DNA of 64,000 nt, taken from NCBI GenBank assembly GCA_037137655.1, contig JBAXJX010000001.1, positions 33,188 to 97,187 on the forward strand, written 5' to 3'. The notes under the pieces are model-generated. The model worked only from the letters and a program-made list of their open reading frames with translations. It was not told the origin of the DNA and did not search any database. Positions within the stretch are counted from its first letter, which is position 1; each line of letters begins with the position of its first letter. Below, one piece after another: positions 12,233 to 21,765 of the stretch. Position numbers and translations under genes: made by a program. Source of the DNA: Candidatus Falkowbacteria bacterium. GTDB taxonomy: Bacteria; Patescibacteriota; Patescibacteriia; Patescibacteriales; UBA12465.

Positions 12233-12808
12233 ATGGAAAATGAAGAAAAAATAATTGCTAAATGCCAAGCCGGAGACAAAGAAGCCTTCAGTGTTCTTTA
12301 TGATTTTTATATTGCCAAAATTTATAACTTTGTTTTTTATAAGGTTTTCTCTAAAACGGAAGCAGAAGATTTGGTTAGCCAAGTTTTTTTGAAAGCTTTA
12401 AAAAATATCAATAAATTTACAACTAAGGAAGGTAATTTTTCAGCCTGGTTGTATCGGATTGCTCGCAATACCGTGATTGATTATTATCGTTCCAATCATG
12501 ATAATTATGATATTGAGGATTTTTGGGATTTGCCGGCGGATGATAATATGTTTAACGAACTTAATGTTAAATTGGAATTTGGTCGGGTGAAAGATTTATT
12601 GCAGAAGTTTAAACCGGTTCAGCGTGAAATAATTATTATGCGCTTGTGGGATGAATTGTCTTATGCGGAAATAGCTAAAGTTTTAAATTTAAGTGAGACA
12701 AATTGTCGGATGATTTTCTCGCGGGCTATTTCTGATTTGCGTGGCGATGCGGCGCAATGGTTACTCTTATTAATAATTAGTAAACAAATTATATGCCTAA
12801 TGAAATAA
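12233..12808 (+). CDS. ECF-type RNA polymerase sigma factor (sigma-70 family, group 4)
   Basis: Region 2 (FSAWLYRIARNTVIDYYR) and region 4 HTH (LSYAEIAKVLNLSETNCRMIFSRA). 191 aa. Confidence 0.85.
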   Translation: MENEEKIIAKCQAGDKEAFSVLYDFYIAKIYNFVFYKVFSKTEAEDLVSQVFLKALKNINKFTTKEGNFSAWLYRIARNTVIDYYRSNHDNYDIEDFWDLPADDNMFNELNVKLEFGRVKDLLQKFKPVQREIIIMRLWDELSYAEIAKVLNLSETNCRMIFSRAISDLRGDAAQWLLLLIISKQIICLMK

Positions 12809-14331
12809 AAGAAATTTTACAAGATTTATACTTGATTGATGGTGATTTAAAAAAACATGAAAAAGAATTACTTAAAATCATTAACGAGCTACTAGCTAAG
12901 CGACCAAACGCCAAGTTTGATGCTAAATTCGCTAGCGAGTTAAAAGAAAAATTGCTGTTAGAGTTTGAAAAAGATAAAAGTGAACATAAAAATATTTTAT
13001 TAACTAACATATTCTCTATGAAAAAAATTGTATTTTTTTCTGGTGCCGTCGCATTTTTAATTTTATTGGCTTTAGTGCCAATGATTAATAATTTTTACCA
13101 CCAACAAAAACCAGGTAATGCCACTATTGTTTCAAAAAATAGTGGTCACGGCGAAATTGCCAAAATCGCTGATAATGCTTTTGGCTCATTAGCTTCTTTA
13201 AGTAATGTTTCCGGTGGGTCGAAGACTGATTCTTTGACTGCCAATGCAGCGCCTAAAACTACGTCAGTTGCGCCTAGTATAGGCTTAGTGGCTCCGGGCG
13301 CAGCAGTTTCAAGTAAGATGATGCCTCCTTATGAAATGATAAATTATAAATATGTTTATAAGGGAGAGGACTTTAAATTGGATTCTGATAAAATGGAAGT
13401 GTTTAAAAGAATTAAGGGCGGAAATAATTCCGATGGTATGGCTAATTTATTATCGAGCAATATTGGTTTAGGCTTAATTAATTTTAATAATCAGAATCAA
13501 TACGCTTTGCAAAATGTTTCCTTCGCTCAAAATCAGCCGTATGGATATTACTTTAATATTAATATGGACGAAGGTAGCATTTCACTTTATCAAAATTGGA
13601 ATTATTGGCCACAATCAAAATGCCAAGATCAAGCTTGTTTTGATGCTGAGAAATTAACCAAAGCAGATGTGCCAAGTGATGAACAGTTAATTTCTATTTC
13701 TAATGACTTCGTAAAAAAATATGGTATTACCTTAGATTCTTATGACGCTCCAGAAGTCGTTAAGACATCAAATATTATGTATGCTGGTGCCATGGTTAAA
13801 TCCGCAGTCGCGATTGCCCCAGTTGACGAATTTATTCCAGAATATGTGAATGTTATTTATCCATTAAAAATTAAGGATAAGGTTATTTATGAAAATGGTG
13901 CCGGAGCCAAGACTGGTTTATCAATTACGATTAGCGTAAGAGAAAAGAAAGTTAGTTCGGTTTATAATCTTAATACCCAAAATTATCAAAGTTCGGATTA
14001 TGCGACTGAAAATGATTTTTCTAAATTGAAAAATATTGCGGAGAAGGGTGGTTTGTATTCTTGGGATAATCCAAGCGCTACGAAGACGGTGGAGTTAGAG
14101 CTTGGCACTCCGAGTGTTGTATATATGAGATATTGGCAATATTTAAATAATAGTTCGGAAGAGCTATTGATTCCAACTTTAGTTTTCCCAGTCTCCAGTA
14201 CCGATTCAAGCATCAACAGTTATCAAACAACCATAGCTTTACCACTAGTTAGAGATATCTTAGATAGCCAGACTAATGTTGGCGGTGGTGTTATTACTCC
14301 AATGATGACTACCGAAAAAGCCGTGCGATAA
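12793..14331 (+). CDS. Membrane-anchored protein, candidate anti-sigma factor
   Basis: Its start overlaps the sigma-factor stop by 16 nt. The topology is a cytoplasmic N-terminus of about 75 aa, one TM helix (IVFFSGAVAFLILLALVPMI) and an external domain of about 420 aa. The function is inferred only from position and topology. Confidence 0.4.
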   Translation: MPNEIKEILQDLYLIDGDLKKHEKELLKIINELLAKRPNAKFDAKFASELKEKLLLEFEKDKSEHKNILLTNIFSMKKIVFFSGAVAFLILLALVPMINNFYHQQKPGNATIVSKNSGHGEIAKIADNAFGSLASLSNVSGGSKTDSLTANAAPKTTSVAPSIGLVAPGAAVSSKMMPPYEMINYKYVYKGEDFKLDSDKMEVFKRIKGGNNSDGMANLLSSNIGLGLINFNNQNQYALQNVSFAQNQPYGYYFNINMDEGSISLYQNWNYWPQSKCQDQACFDAEKLTKADVPSDEQLISISNDFVKKYGITLDSYDAPEVVKTSNIMYAGAMVKSAVAIAPVDEFIPEYVNVIYPLKIKDKVIYENGAGAKTGLSITISVREKKVSSVYNLNTQNYQSSDYATENDFSKLKNIAEKGGLYSWDNPSATKTVELELGTPSVVYMRYWQYLNNSSEELLIPTLVFPVSSTDSSINSYQTTIALPLVRDILDSQTNVGGGVITPMMTTEKAVR

Positions 14332-14358
14332 TTTACGAATCCCAAATTATCAAAACAT

Positions 14359-14391
14359 AAAAAAAGACTCAATAAAATTGAGTCTTTTTTT
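14359..14391. terminator. Bidirectional intrinsic terminator
   Basis: AAAAAAGACTC-AATAAAATT-GAGTCTTTTTTT: a perfect stem with an A-run on one side and a T-run on the other. Confidence 0.8.
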
Positions 14392-14485
14392 GTTTGCTCG
14401 CGTATAAGGATGATTTCCGAACTTTTAGCAACGTAAATATCGGGAATATTAAACAATTACTATTACTAATTATTTAGCTTTTATT

Positions 14486-15388
14486 CTATAATGTTTCTTC
14501 GTATGATTGTTTGATGATATCAAATACATCATCAACCTCTTTTAGCGATTTAACTTTAATTCTTCCTTTATAACCCCACATATGCGAACTTATATCGGTC
14601 ACTAATCCTTTTGGGTCATTATACTTAGGACTTCTCACTAAAACATCCATTACATTTTTTCCAAATTCAAATCTAGTAAAACTTTTTGTAGTCCTAAAAG
14701 TAATACCGGTTTTTTGATTGGCAAATTCTTCAACTTCCGGTAATGTTTGTATCTTTTCCTGAAATTTATAAAATATTTCTTTAATTTCAGCAGATGAATT
14801 ATGTCTTGTTAAATGAAATTCAATATTATACGTTTCTTCATTATTTATCTTTGTATTTTCTACACTTTCACGTGTCTTTTTAGCCTGATTTGGAATATAG
14901 ACATTTTCTAAATATAAAATATCTTGTTTATATGGAACGTATTTTATTAATTCTACACTTTCTACCTGTTGAACAGCTATTATTGTGCGATTATCAAAAC
15001 CCTGAGCGACTAATATAACTCGCGGGCTCGTCCAATTAACTCTTTCTTCTTTGCCAAGTTTGTCAGCAACTAATAAATCAAAATGTTTTTTATTTTTTTT
15101 GAGCCAATCTAAATAAAAAAGGCCTTGAACAAAAATAGCATTATCTTGACCCCATTTATACTCAATAATTACTGGAGAATTTGTTTCATCTAGTGCTATT
15201 GTATCCATTCTCCCGCCTTCGCTAGTTGGATATTCTTTAGCTAAAAATCTCATACCTAAAAGTTCCTCAAGATTATCAGCAAAAAAATCTCTAAGCTCTG
15301 CCTCGCTATTAAAATGATTTATATCTAAAAAGACTTGGTTCGCCTTTTTATTTTTCATTTGAAATATTGGCATATGTGTTATTAGCAA
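14486..15388 (-). CDS. NucS/DUF91-like PD-(D/E)xK nuclease domain fused to a DUF5655-like C-terminal domain; third gene of the R-M operon
   Basis: SEAELRDFFADNLEELLGMRFLAKEYPTSEGGRMDTIALDETNSPVIIEYKWGQD is the D..E-x-K core pattern of NucS-like endonucleases. The C-terminal 100 aa resemble DUF5655 (from memory). The gene starts 7 nt after the res stop. The true start may be the internal MKNKK. Confidence 0.5.
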   Translation of the reverse strand: MLITHMPIFQMKNKKANQVFLDINHFNSEAELRDFFADNLEELLGMRFLAKEYPTSEGGRMDTIALDETNSPVIIEYKWGQDNAIFVQGLFYLDWLKKNKKHFDLLVADKLGKEERVNWTSPRVILVAQGFDNRTIIAVQQVESVELIKYVPYKQDILYLENVYIPNQAKKTRESVENTKINNEETYNIEFHLTRHNSSAEIKEIFYKFQEKIQTLPEVEEFANQKTGITFRTTKSFTRFEFGKNVMDVLVRSPKYNDPKGLVTDISSHMWGYKGRIKVKSLKEVDDVFDIIKQSYEETL

Positions 15389-15395
15389 TTAAATA

Positions 15396-17963
15396 TTATT
15401 CTTCAAGTAAATTCTCTAACTCACATCTAAACTTATCTTGGCTCTTTAAGAGGGTTCCATTTTTTAAATATTCAAAAAATTCAGTATAACCATTAGGGCT
15501 TAAAAAATGAAATATATATACTTCTTTTAATCCTTGCTCCTCTAATTTCTTATTTAATCTTTTAAAATGATCTAAAGCATACTTATACTTTGCTTTGTTT
15601 TCATCACAATTATCTTTATCTGCTTTTATTTCTATAACTAAAAAAATTTTACTCTCCCCGCTGGTAACTTTTATAAAAAAATCTGGGTTAAACGATAAGT
15701 TTTTTAATTGATGATTGTTTTTTCTCCAAGTATACTCAATACTATAGAATCCTCTATCCCTTGATTTTATCCAAGTTTCAATTTTTTCTGCAATATCTTT
15801 TTTACAGAGATACTCAATAAAACTTCTTTCAGGCTGCCCTTTCGTAATAACAACATTTAAAGGAGTTTTAAATAAATATTCATTTTGCACTTTAATTGCA
15901 CTGCGAGGCAAACTTTCATCATCAACCAGTTCTTTTATAATATTTTTTTGGTCTTCATTAACTTCACTCTCAAAATTATTTGTATAGAAAAGCGATGAGT
16001 CTCTTCTAAAATTACCTATTCCCAGACTTTCCTTCTGTAATTCGACAGTTTTTATTATAAATGGTTCTTTAACTTTTAGTTGCGGGATTACAGTTTTACC
16101 TTTTTTTCTTAAAAGAGTGCCAAATGATTTTAAGATTGTATTCCTGTTCTTATCTATAAGTTTATTTCCATTAATACCTACTTTCTGCATTGATTTAAGA
16201 ATAATTTCTTCGATTTTTTTTCTTGGAGGTAAGTCATTCTGTGTATATTTTTCTTTGCCCATTTGTAAAATTCTGCCTTCCCAATCCCTCATTTCAAATT
16301 CATCATATATTCTATCCACTACCTCGCCCACTTCCCATGTTCCATATTCTATAATGTAATTTTTGTCTCTCAACAATCCACCCGATAATGATTCAAAAGT
16401 AGTACCTTTTTCTGTTTTTATTACTTGGGATTCAAGTCTTATACCTTCTTTTTCTATTCTTGAAAAATTATACACCTCTTCATCTCTTTTGTGATTAATT
16501 TCTACCTCCTCTTTGTCATAATTTAAATTATAAACTTCAAAATTATATTTATATCTGTCGCCCTTCCTCAATATTTCACTATAAACTTTTGTTTCTATTT
16601 CAAGAATTTCATCAACGAGGCCTCTAATATTCTTACTCCATGAATCATGATTAAAAACAATTACCTTTGGTTGTGGAGACTCATATTCTTTAGGGACTCG
16701 CAAACCTCTCCCCAAGACTTGGGCTATTAAAAGCTTAGAATTAAAAGCCCTGTCTTCCCATGGCACAATTTGAAAAACATTTTTTACATCCCAGCCTTCC
16801 GTGAGCATGGAAACTGAAATTATCCATTCAACGGGATCATTTTTATCATCAACATTTTTTAATTTTATCACGTTAGCTTTATGGTCTTTATGAGACGTAA
16901 CAATTAAAACCTTTTTCTCAAGATTTTCTTTAGATATTTTTTCTTTTGTTTTTAAAAAATCAATTAAATCTTCTCTTAGATTTTTTGCTTTCGCTATATC
17001 TTGAGTTATTAAAATTGATAGGGGCTTAACTTTCGGATATTTATCAAAATTATCTTTGTGATTTTGATAGATTTTTTGAAATTTTTCATTTATTCCCGAA
17101 CTATCATCTTTTTGCACATACTCAATATTTTTAACAAATTTATTCTCAATGGCTCGTCTTAAAGAATATCTATAAATTACATCATTAAAATATTCATTAT
17201 CAATATATGCGGTTCCGGTAAAGCCTAAAATATATTGAAAATTGTAATCATTATTTATAAGAAAATCTTTCCATTTTTTTACATCCTTATCACTGGATTT
17301 ATTAAAAATATGGTGAGATTCATCATTTAACACAAGGGTTCTTGCTCCGTCCCCCTTTAAACTATCTTGAATAGAGGAGCCTGTTCTCCCATATACCGCG
17401 TGTATATTTTCGATACAAATATCACCCTTTTTTATTGTTACATTGGCATCGATAATTCTTGGATTTTTTAAAATCGCATTTGTTGGAATAGATTCTTTTA
17501 GCCTACTATTGCCACTTAAGCTTTCAAATTTTTCTTTTAATCCTGATTCAATAGTTAGTGAGGGGCAAAGCACCAAAACCTTATCAACAAAACCTAGCCC
17601 AAACATTATTTGGGCTATACCATACATAACATACGACTTACCAGTTCCTGTCGCAAGATCTATGTTTGCAAAAAGTTTATTTGTAATTTGTAATTTTGAT
17701 TTGTATTCATCAAGTGAAGAATATTTTACTTGAAGCTCTGTATTTCTTGAGTAATTTTCTGTAATTAAATCATCAGTTTTTTGATATTTACCTCCAACAA
17801 GAAAAATAATAGAATTTCTAATTGCTTCTTTTTGATATTCTCTATCACCACAAAGTTTATCTAAAAAATCATCCCATTCATCAAGTCTTAATATAGTAGG
17901 GTCGAAGACTGGGTTTATTTCTAAGATTAAGTCTTGATTTTTAAATACATGTATATCTTGCAT
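15396..17963 (-). CDS. res: Type III restriction enzyme, Res subunit (SF2 helicase plus C-terminal PD-ExK nuclease)
   Basis: Walker A TGTGKSY, motif II LNDESHH, motif III GFTGTA, motif VI QVLGRGLR. C-terminal nuclease pattern FNPDFFIKV..LVIEIKADKD. 855 aa, 11 nt downstream of mod. Confidence 0.85.
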   Translation of the reverse strand: MQDIHVFKNQDLILEINPVFDPTILRLDEWDDFLDKLCGDREYQKEAIRNSIIFLVGGKYQKTDDLITENYSRNTELQVKYSSLDEYKSKLQITNKLFANIDLATGTGKSYVMYGIAQIMFGLGFVDKVLVLCPSLTIESGLKEKFESLSGNSRLKESIPTNAILKNPRIIDANVTIKKGDICIENIHAVYGRTGSSIQDSLKGDGARTLVLNDESHHIFNKSSDKDVKKWKDFLINNDYNFQYILGFTGTAYIDNEYFNDVIYRYSLRRAIENKFVKNIEYVQKDDSSGINEKFQKIYQNHKDNFDKYPKVKPLSILITQDIAKAKNLREDLIDFLKTKEKISKENLEKKVLIVTSHKDHKANVIKLKNVDDKNDPVEWIISVSMLTEGWDVKNVFQIVPWEDRAFNSKLLIAQVLGRGLRVPKEYESPQPKVIVFNHDSWSKNIRGLVDEILEIETKVYSEILRKGDRYKYNFEVYNLNYDKEEVEINHKRDEEVYNFSRIEKEGIRLESQVIKTEKGTTFESLSGGLLRDKNYIIEYGTWEVGEVVDRIYDEFEMRDWEGRILQMGKEKYTQNDLPPRKKIEEIILKSMQKVGINGNKLIDKNRNTILKSFGTLLRKKGKTVIPQLKVKEPFIIKTVELQKESLGIGNFRRDSSLFYTNNFESEVNEDQKNIIKELVDDESLPRSAIKVQNEYLFKTPLNVVITKGQPERSFIEYLCKKDIAEKIETWIKSRDRGFYSIEYTWRKNNHQLKNLSFNPDFFIKVTSGESKIFLVIEIKADKDNCDENKAKYKYALDHFKRLNKKLEEQGLKEVYIFHFLSPNGYTEFFEYLKNGTLLKSQDKFRCELENLLEE

Positions 17964-17974
17964 AATAATTGTGT

Positions 17975-19981
17975 TTATACGGTAAAAATTTCAGTAAAAT
18001 CATTTCCATAAATATCTGTGTAAACAATCATGATTTTTTTACCAATTTCTTTTTTCTTAAAAGTTATTTTTAATTCTTCATTTTTCATTTCTTTTAATCC
18101 CGCTCTAATATTTTTATTATCATCTTGCTCGTCTTCAACTTCTTTGACCTTTTTCTTGGGCAATAAATCATCGGCAAAAAAAGAATCTGTTAATATAAAT
18201 TGCTTATTATCAAATTTTTTATCAACAAAAACAGCAGATAATGTTTCAAAATTATCAAAAATTTCTCCCTCTTCGTCTTTATAATACTGACTTCTAAATT
18301 CTTTTATAACTATTTGAATTTCATCGCCTACCTTTTTTAAAACAGATTTAACTTCTGGTGCTTTAATAAAATGAAAACCTATTGTTTCATCAAGATCATT
18401 AACATTTTTTTTGCTTTGAGGTTGTCTAATTTTTTGAAAAGGAATTTTATGAAGCTCCCTAATGACTTGGTAAGGGATTTTTAAAAAATAATATCTCAAT
18501 CCCTCAATCTCATGATAATCTGTCAAAAATTCTATATTGTTAGCTGGTGCAATAATATAAATTCTTCCGTTTATTTTTCCTCCAATAATTTGATGAATAT
18601 TCTTTAGATAAGCCTCGTCAATATTTGAATTTTTATATGTATTATAATCCCAAATTTTTACAGAATAACTTCCTTTCTTTCCATCGAATTCAAAACCTGA
18701 AACTTTATGTTTTTTTAACTCAATTTCAAAAAGACCTGAAACAAATTCAAGATATTTTGTCCATTCAAGATTAAGAACTTTTTTAAAATCATAAAGCCCT
18801 AGTGTGCAAGTTGTAAAACTTTTTGCCTTTTTTTCGTATTTCTTTTTTATATCATCTAAATCTTTACTATTTTGAATTTGCAAAATCCGCTTTTGCATAG
18901 TTAGATATGCTAATTTTCCCAAATCACAAGTTATCCATTTGCGATTTAGTTTTTCGGCTACCGCCATAGTAGTTCCAGAACCACCAAAAAAATCTAACAC
19001 TATATCACCTTCGCTTGTATGCTGTAATATTAGAAGTTTTATTAATTCCTCGGGTTTTTGAGTTGGATAATTTAATCTCTCTTTTGATGTGGAGGCCATT
19101 ACTGGGACATCTATTATTTCGTCATATTCTATTTCAATAAAATCATTAATATTCTTGCCTTCTTTCTTAACATAGGTTTTACCATAATAAACGGTTCCGT
19201 CCGTTCTTCTTCTTTTGATTAATGCATATCGTTTTCCGTCTTCATCCGTTTTATTATATCTACCCATTTTTAAATCTTTATACGCCGAATATTGTTGATT
19301 CCAAGTATAATTTTCTCCCTTAGTATAAAATAAAATAGTTTCATGTGCTTGTTGATACTGCCCCTTACTTTCAGTTCCTCTAAATCCTTTATTCCAAATA
19401 ATTTCATTTACAAAACTATTTTCGCCAAAAATTTCATCCATTAAAATTTTAATATAGTGAATTTTTTTCTCATCTAAATGGATTAAAATACTTCCATCAT
19501 CCGATAAAATTTCTTTTGCGAGAATCAATCTTCTTCTAATAAATTCTACAAATTGAGCATGTTTTCTTTTATCGGTGTAGGCTTTTTGGTCTCTGCTTCC
19601 AGAAAAATCATCAGCAGTTGCAAACGGTGGATCAATATAAATAAGTTTGATTTTTCCCTTAACTTTATCTTTAATTAAAGGGTCTCTATTTTCATAAATT
19701 GTTTTTAAAAACTGGAGATTGTCGCCAAAAACAATCATATTTTTCCAGTCATCATCGAAAGCACTATGCTCACTGCCATTAAAAATTTTTTCAATTTGTA
19801 ATGGAACAGGAAAAACTCCGTCCTCGTTGGAAAGCAAATCCTCTTTTCTCATTTTTCCAGAATAAACCAACTCGTATTCTTTTTGTTTTGTTGGAAAGAG
19901 AGCATATTTAAAAGTCTCGGGAATTTCCTTGCCGTCTTTAAGACATTCTATTAAAAACTCTTTATCATATTTATTTATCAT
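17975..19981 (-). CDS. mod: Type III R-M DNA methyltransferase, Mod subunit (beta-class N6A/N4C)
   Basis: Catalytic motif IV IYIDPPF lies upstream of AdoMet motif I DFFGGSGTTMAVA, which is the beta-class order, with a variable region between them. 668 aa. The mod-then-res gene order is typical of Type III systems. Confidence 0.85.
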   Translation of the reverse strand: MINKYDKEFLIECLKDGKEIPETFKYALFPTKQKEYELVYSGKMRKEDLLSNEDGVFPVPLQIEKIFNGSEHSAFDDDWKNMIVFGDNLQFLKTIYENRDPLIKDKVKGKIKLIYIDPPFATADDFSGSRDQKAYTDKRKHAQFVEFIRRRLILAKEILSDDGSILIHLDEKKIHYIKILMDEIFGENSFVNEIIWNKGFRGTESKGQYQQAHETILFYTKGENYTWNQQYSAYKDLKMGRYNKTDEDGKRYALIKRRRTDGTVYYGKTYVKKEGKNINDFIEIEYDEIIDVPVMASTSKERLNYPTQKPEELIKLLILQHTSEGDIVLDFFGGSGTTMAVAEKLNRKWITCDLGKLAYLTMQKRILQIQNSKDLDDIKKKYEKKAKSFTTCTLGLYDFKKVLNLEWTKYLEFVSGLFEIELKKHKVSGFEFDGKKGSYSVKIWDYNTYKNSNIDEAYLKNIHQIIGGKINGRIYIIAPANNIEFLTDYHEIEGLRYYFLKIPYQVIRELHKIPFQKIRQPQSKKNVNDLDETIGFHFIKAPEVKSVLKKVGDEIQIVIKEFRSQYYKDEEGEIFDNFETLSAVFVDKKFDNKQFILTDSFFADDLLPKKKVKEVEDEQDDNKNIRAGLKEMKNEELKITFKKKEIGKKIMIVYTDIYGNDFTEIFTV

Positions 19982-20056
19982 ATAGATATATAATAACTTT
20001 TTATAGACAAATTATCAAGCAAAATTAAACAAATTAATACTTATTAATAATACTTC

Positions 20057-20085
20057 TTGCCTTTCGGTTTACTTTCGGTTATAAT
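20057..20085 (+). promoter_or_regulatory. lexA promoter with a tandem CTTTCGGTT repeat in the spacer
   Basis: TTGCCT (20057-20062), a 17-nt spacer, then TATAAT (20080-20085). The spacer is CTTTCGGTT-TA-CTTTCGGTT (20061-20069 and 20072-20080; 11-bp period). Confidence 0.5.
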
Positions 20086-20110
20086 ATCAATATAGCAATT
20101 ATTAATAATT

Positions 20111-20719
20111 ATGTCTATGATTACCAGAAGACAAAAAGAAACATACGATTATATCGTTTCATATCTTAATAAAAATGGCTATTCTCCGTCATATTCAGAG
20201 ATAGCTTATCATTTTCATCTTTCATCGGTAGCTACCGTCTATGATAGTGTTATTCAATTAGTAAAAAAGGGGCTTTTAAGAAAAATAAAAGGCACTCCAA
20301 ACGGTTTAGAGCCAATTAAAAGAACAATGGCTGAAATTTTTAATATTCCCCTTGTTGGCACAATTACTTGTGGACAACCCATTGAGGCCATAGAAATACC
20401 GGACACGACTATTGAAATTGCCAAAGACCGACGTTTTCAAGAGGGCGAACTCTATGCCCTTAAAGCTAAAGGCAACTCCATGATTGGGGACGGTATATTT
20501 GACGGTGATTTTCTCATAATCAAAAAACAAGAGTGGGCTGATGACGGCGATACCGCCGTGGCGATCATCGACGACAACGAGGCCACGTTAAAAAAATATT
20601 ACAAAGAAAAGGGACAAATAAGACTGCAACCGGCCAACCCCGCTTTTAATCCGATATATCGCAAGGAAGTTGAAATTAGAGGAATTGTTGTAAAAGTTAT
20701 TAGGGATTTAAAAAAATAA
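20111..20719 (+). CDS. lexA: LexA-family repressor (winged-helix DNA-binding domain plus S24 self-cleaving peptidase)
   Basis: N-terminal RRQKETYDYIVSYLNKNGYSPSYSEIAYHFHLSSVATVYDSVIQLVKKGLLRK is LexA_DNA_bind-like. Catalytic Ser in GNSM and Lys in EATLKKY. The cleavage-site region reads VGTITCGQP, so Cys-Gly replaces the canonical Ala-Gly. Confidence 0.85.
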   Translation: MSMITRRQKETYDYIVSYLNKNGYSPSYSEIAYHFHLSSVATVYDSVIQLVKKGLLRKIKGTPNGLEPIKRTMAEIFNIPLVGTITCGQPIEAIEIPDTTIEIAKDRRFQEGELYALKAKGNSMIGDGIFDGDFLIIKKQEWADDGDTAVAIIDDNEATLKKYYKEKGQIRLQPANPAFNPIYRKEVEIRGIVVKVIRDLKK

Positions 20720-20743
20720 CAACTTAATATATTTTACAAAGTT

Positions 20744-20779
20744 ATACGCCCGCAACCCTAAGGGGCGAGCGTATTTTTA
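20744..20779 (+). terminator. GC-rich hairpin plus T-run after lexA
   Basis: ATACGCCCGC..GCGAGCGTAT (one mismatch) followed by TTTTTAATTT. Confidence 0.55.
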
Positions 20780-20790
20780 ATTTCAAAAGT

Positions 20791-21591
20791 ATGAAAGCCA
20801 CTCTCAAAGATTTAAAAATTAAAATGACCAAGTTGGCCAAGGACTTTTCCGAGGAGGAAAATATCTTTCAAAGAACCTTGGCGATTTTTAAATTTATTGA
20901 GGTGTTGCAGAAAAACAAGGACACTAAAAAAGCCCTTGATTCCCTGCTAAGTAAAACCAGTAATGAAATGGATTTCCAGGAATTATCCGATGAGGATGAT
21001 TTGCTTTGCGAAAAGGCTGGCATTGATTGCGATTTCTGGGTTTGCTATGGAGCCTTGGATAAAGTCCACACTTTGATTTTAAAATTTAAAGAAACCGAGG
21101 ACAAACGATATGCCAATAAAGCCATTAAAATGGTTTCGGCCTCGTATTATCCGGAGATATACGGCATTTGTTTTAAAATGGTTGCCGGGTGTTTACTCGA
21201 AAAAATGGAAACCGATTATCTTTTGACCAACAAAAAAGATAAGGAAGAAAAAACTTGCTTTAACAGCCAAAAAAGTATTTTATACGTCAAAGGCTTTAAA
21301 ATCATGATAGCCAAACAGGATAAAGAAACCAATGCCCACAAAATCCTTAAATACATATTCAAGGATAATAAGGACAATTTAAAAGACAATTTTTTCTTCT
21401 CGGAAATAGCCGATGATGTTTTTGAGGACTTGGAATATAAGGACGATAAAGGCAGTTGGAAGAAATATAATCGAACTTGCGAAGTGATAAATGAGAAAGT
21501 TTTAAAAGGAACCAAAAACCTTGTGGATAAGTTTTTAATATACAACAGCGGTCAAAAAGGGTTTTTGAAAATAAATCCTGAATACATCTAA
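20791..21591 (+). CDS. Prophage hypothetical protein
   Basis: 266-aa ORF with prophage-type codon usage. No family recognised. Confidence 0.55.
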   Translation: MKATLKDLKIKMTKLAKDFSEEENIFQRTLAIFKFIEVLQKNKDTKKALDSLLSKTSNEMDFQELSDEDDLLCEKAGIDCDFWVCYGALDKVHTLILKFKETEDKRYANKAIKMVSASYYPEIYGICFKMVAGCLLEKMETDYLLTNKKDKEEKTCFNSQKSILYVKGFKIMIAKQDKETNAHKILKYIFKDNKDNLKDNFFFSEIADDVFEDLEYKDDKGSWKKYNRTCEVINEKVLKGTKNLVDKFLIYNSGQKGFLKINPEYI

Positions 21592-21765
21592 TTTACAGGG
21601 AAAAACAATCGAAACTACCCACAAATTTACCCCGGAACTTTTGGGAACTCGACTTATATACAATAGCCTCATAGTAATATGGGGCTTTTTATTTAGCCCC
21701 AAAAAGGCTATCGCCAACTAAAGGTCGGGGCGAAATTAGTAATTAATAAATTTAAATTCAAAATT

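Noticed and set aside
12789-14456. Minus-strand ORFs 12789..13010, 13998..14216 and 14223..14456.
   Set aside because: They are antisense to the sigma/anti-sigma genes or span the terminator. They have no supporting features.
16117-18284. Plus-strand ORFs 16117..16359, 17443..17733 and 18030..18284.
   Set aside because: They are antisense to the res and mod genes in extremely AT-rich DNA. The products are Phe/Ser/Leu/Ile-rich low-complexity sequences with no start context.
21630-21650. GGGAACTCGAC resembles the tRNA-Gln T-arm sequence GGGACTCGAAC and could be an att remnant marking the left phage end.
   Set aside because: It is only a 9/11 match with an indel and no extension on either side. 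That is insufficient to call a direct repeat.
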